This document shows positions 62,286 through 64,000 of a stretch of 64,000 nt of DNA, piece by piece (within the stretch, counting starts at the first letter, position 1; each line of letters opens with the position of its first letter). Source of the DNA: Marsupella aquatica. Its lineage: Eukaryota; Plantae; Marchantiophyta. The translations under genes were made by a program, and so were the position numbers. Where the stretch lies: positions 15,010,816 through 15,074,815 of the forward strand of contig OZ316895.1 in assembly GCA_973895155.1 (NCBI GenBank). Direction: 5' to 3'. The notes below the pieces were generated by a model. It was not told where the DNA came from and made no database searches. It was given only the letters and a program-made list of their open reading frames with translations.

Positions 62286-63867
62286 ATGGCTGCGGACAAG
62301 AAGACTGCAGCATCGGGCTCGGCCGCGCTCTTGGCGAAGCAAATGATAGCGGGCGCCTCGGCTGGCACCCTGGCCGACGCCATTATGTTCCCCATGATGA
62401 CCGTAAAATCGCGCCTCCAGGTATTAGTCTTTGCAATTATCTTGTGAGACCACCTGTGTGAGCTGCCTTCCGTTGTTTTTTCTATCGGCCAATCTCTTCT
62501 GGTGATTCATGTGCACAGATAAGGCGATTTTCGCAGAAGTTCAGAGTTTGCTATACAGGGATTTAGGTGTGCTGAATGCCATCTTAACAACAGCACTGCT
62601 CCACATCTTGAAGATTGCTGTGGCATGTAGCTTCGTAGTGTTTTTCGAGTAAGCTCAAACTTCCTTTCTTTTCGAATGGGTTAGACTCACAAGACGCACT
62701 GTGCTCATGATGCTTTCATGTCGCTTCGTAATGGGTTGGGAGTTGCCCAGGTTCAAGGTGGGGGAGGAGGTTATTCGTATAAAGGGCCTGTGGATGCAAT
62801 CTCTAGTATAGCTGCCAAGGAAGGTTGGAGAACTCTCTACAAAGGCTTTGGAACAATTTGCCTCATCGCACCTGCTCAAGCCCTCTACCTGGGCACTTAT
62901 CAAACTTCTAAGAAAGTATTGCCTGGTACGCCACGTCACTTTCTTCTAACGATCAAACGTCGAACCCTAAAGCTCGCATCTGGCGAGCTTCCCTGCCCCC
63001 CTGTAATGGGGTAATAGGGCTAGAATTGGTCCTCAAGCTTTTTTGACGGTTGCTGTCTCAAGCAACTTGATGTCTGGAATTGATCAGATTGGTTTGGTTT
63101 GATCAGGTGGACAAGATAATCCTCTCACCCAATTTTTTGGAGGAGCAATATCTACCTTTGTGCAATCTTCGGTAATGGTGCCCACCGAGGTCATTAGACA
63201 GCGACAGATGGTTCAGACTTCTCAGGAAGGCGCGTACACGGTCAGCAAAAATTGCCCAACTGTACTTTAGGAGCTATAGTAATTGGATTTTCGGGAGAAC
63301 CCTAAATTTGGGATTTTCGTGTGTTAACAGTTGTCTCCACTTGTCTCAATATTCTCACTGTTTAATTCAAACTCCATTATTTTGCCCGCATCGTCACCTT
63401 ACTGAACAGTTTGCCAGGCTTCCCTGGACACACATTTTTATATAAACGGATTGAGGACTGCAATTCAAGGATTACGCATTCTCTGTCACGAGCATCTGTT
63501 CACTTTATGCAGCGTTTGCAGCATTTTTGCTGTTTTGGCAATTTTTGAACAGGTCAATTATAATATATTTTTCAGCTCGTACTTCTTGAGTCATGACAAC
63601 AGGCTTTTCTGTTGTCCACAGGGTTCGTTACACGCAATAAGAACAATATATCAACATGAAGGAATTCGGGCTTTCTACCGTGGGTTTTTTCTGGCTCAAG
63701 TAGTCTGGGGACCATATAATGCAGTGTATCTACCACTCTGGGAGGGCCTTAAGAGAGCCTCTGTGAGGTTCTCTGGAGCTGAATCTATGCAAAAACTTGC
63801 AATTCAATATGAGCTCGGGAGTGCTTTCTGTGCGGCAGCTGTGGCTGCTGCTTTAACAAACCCAGCG
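62286..63867 (+). CDS. Mitochondrial carrier family (SLC25) protein, first four coding exons; continues beyond the window
   Basis: Exons 62286-62420, 62751-62925, 63107-63240 and 63622-63867 splice in phase (230 aa). Carrier repeats: AGASAG..FPMMTVKSRLQVQ..EGWRTLYKG; VPTEVIRQRQ..EGIRAFYRG; third repeat begins ..LTNPA. Probable 5'-UTR intron ~61792-62236 after a CT-rich leader. Confidence 0.92.
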
Positions 63868-64000
63868 GTACGTGAAGCTTGAGGTTCAATTTCGAACAGT
63901 TATTTCGTTTACATGTGTCTTTCACCCCCGTTTGTTATTTGGCTTTTGCACTGGAAATAAGGTCACGCGAGTTTAAGAAAGACAATCTGGGGCCTCAATC

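Overview
Eukaryotic nuclear DNA, most likely from a bryophyte and probably a liverwort (inferred from gene content and intron style, not proven). Three host genes on + can be spliced by hand: a complete 12-exon WDR13-type WD40 gene (4897-9615), a complete 6-exon double-AP2 transcription factor of the SMOS1/At2g41710 clade with the 9-nt VYL micro-exon (26345-29599), and the first four coding exons of an SLC25 mitochondrial carrier (62286 to window end). The rest is a TE mosaic: MITEs with clean TSDs, L1 LINE fragments, Helitron-like ends, tandem repeats and a tRNA-like relic. The most interesting part is two large decayed elements. Element A (~33.9-38.6 kb) encodes an intron-containing Sola-type DDD transposase. 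Element B (~50.6-59.45 kb) encodes a multi-exon protein with a ParB/Srx-like motif, a degenerate beta-class N4C/N6A DNA methyltransferase-like region and probably a C-terminal FCP1/NIF-like domain. A and B share a ~35-bp right-hand terminus and a palindrome (core AACCATGGTT, 14 exact copies counted by eye) confined to their non-coding DNA, which suggests one TE family with a possible self-recognition or anti-silencing module. All domain calls are by-eye motif recognition; no searches were run.
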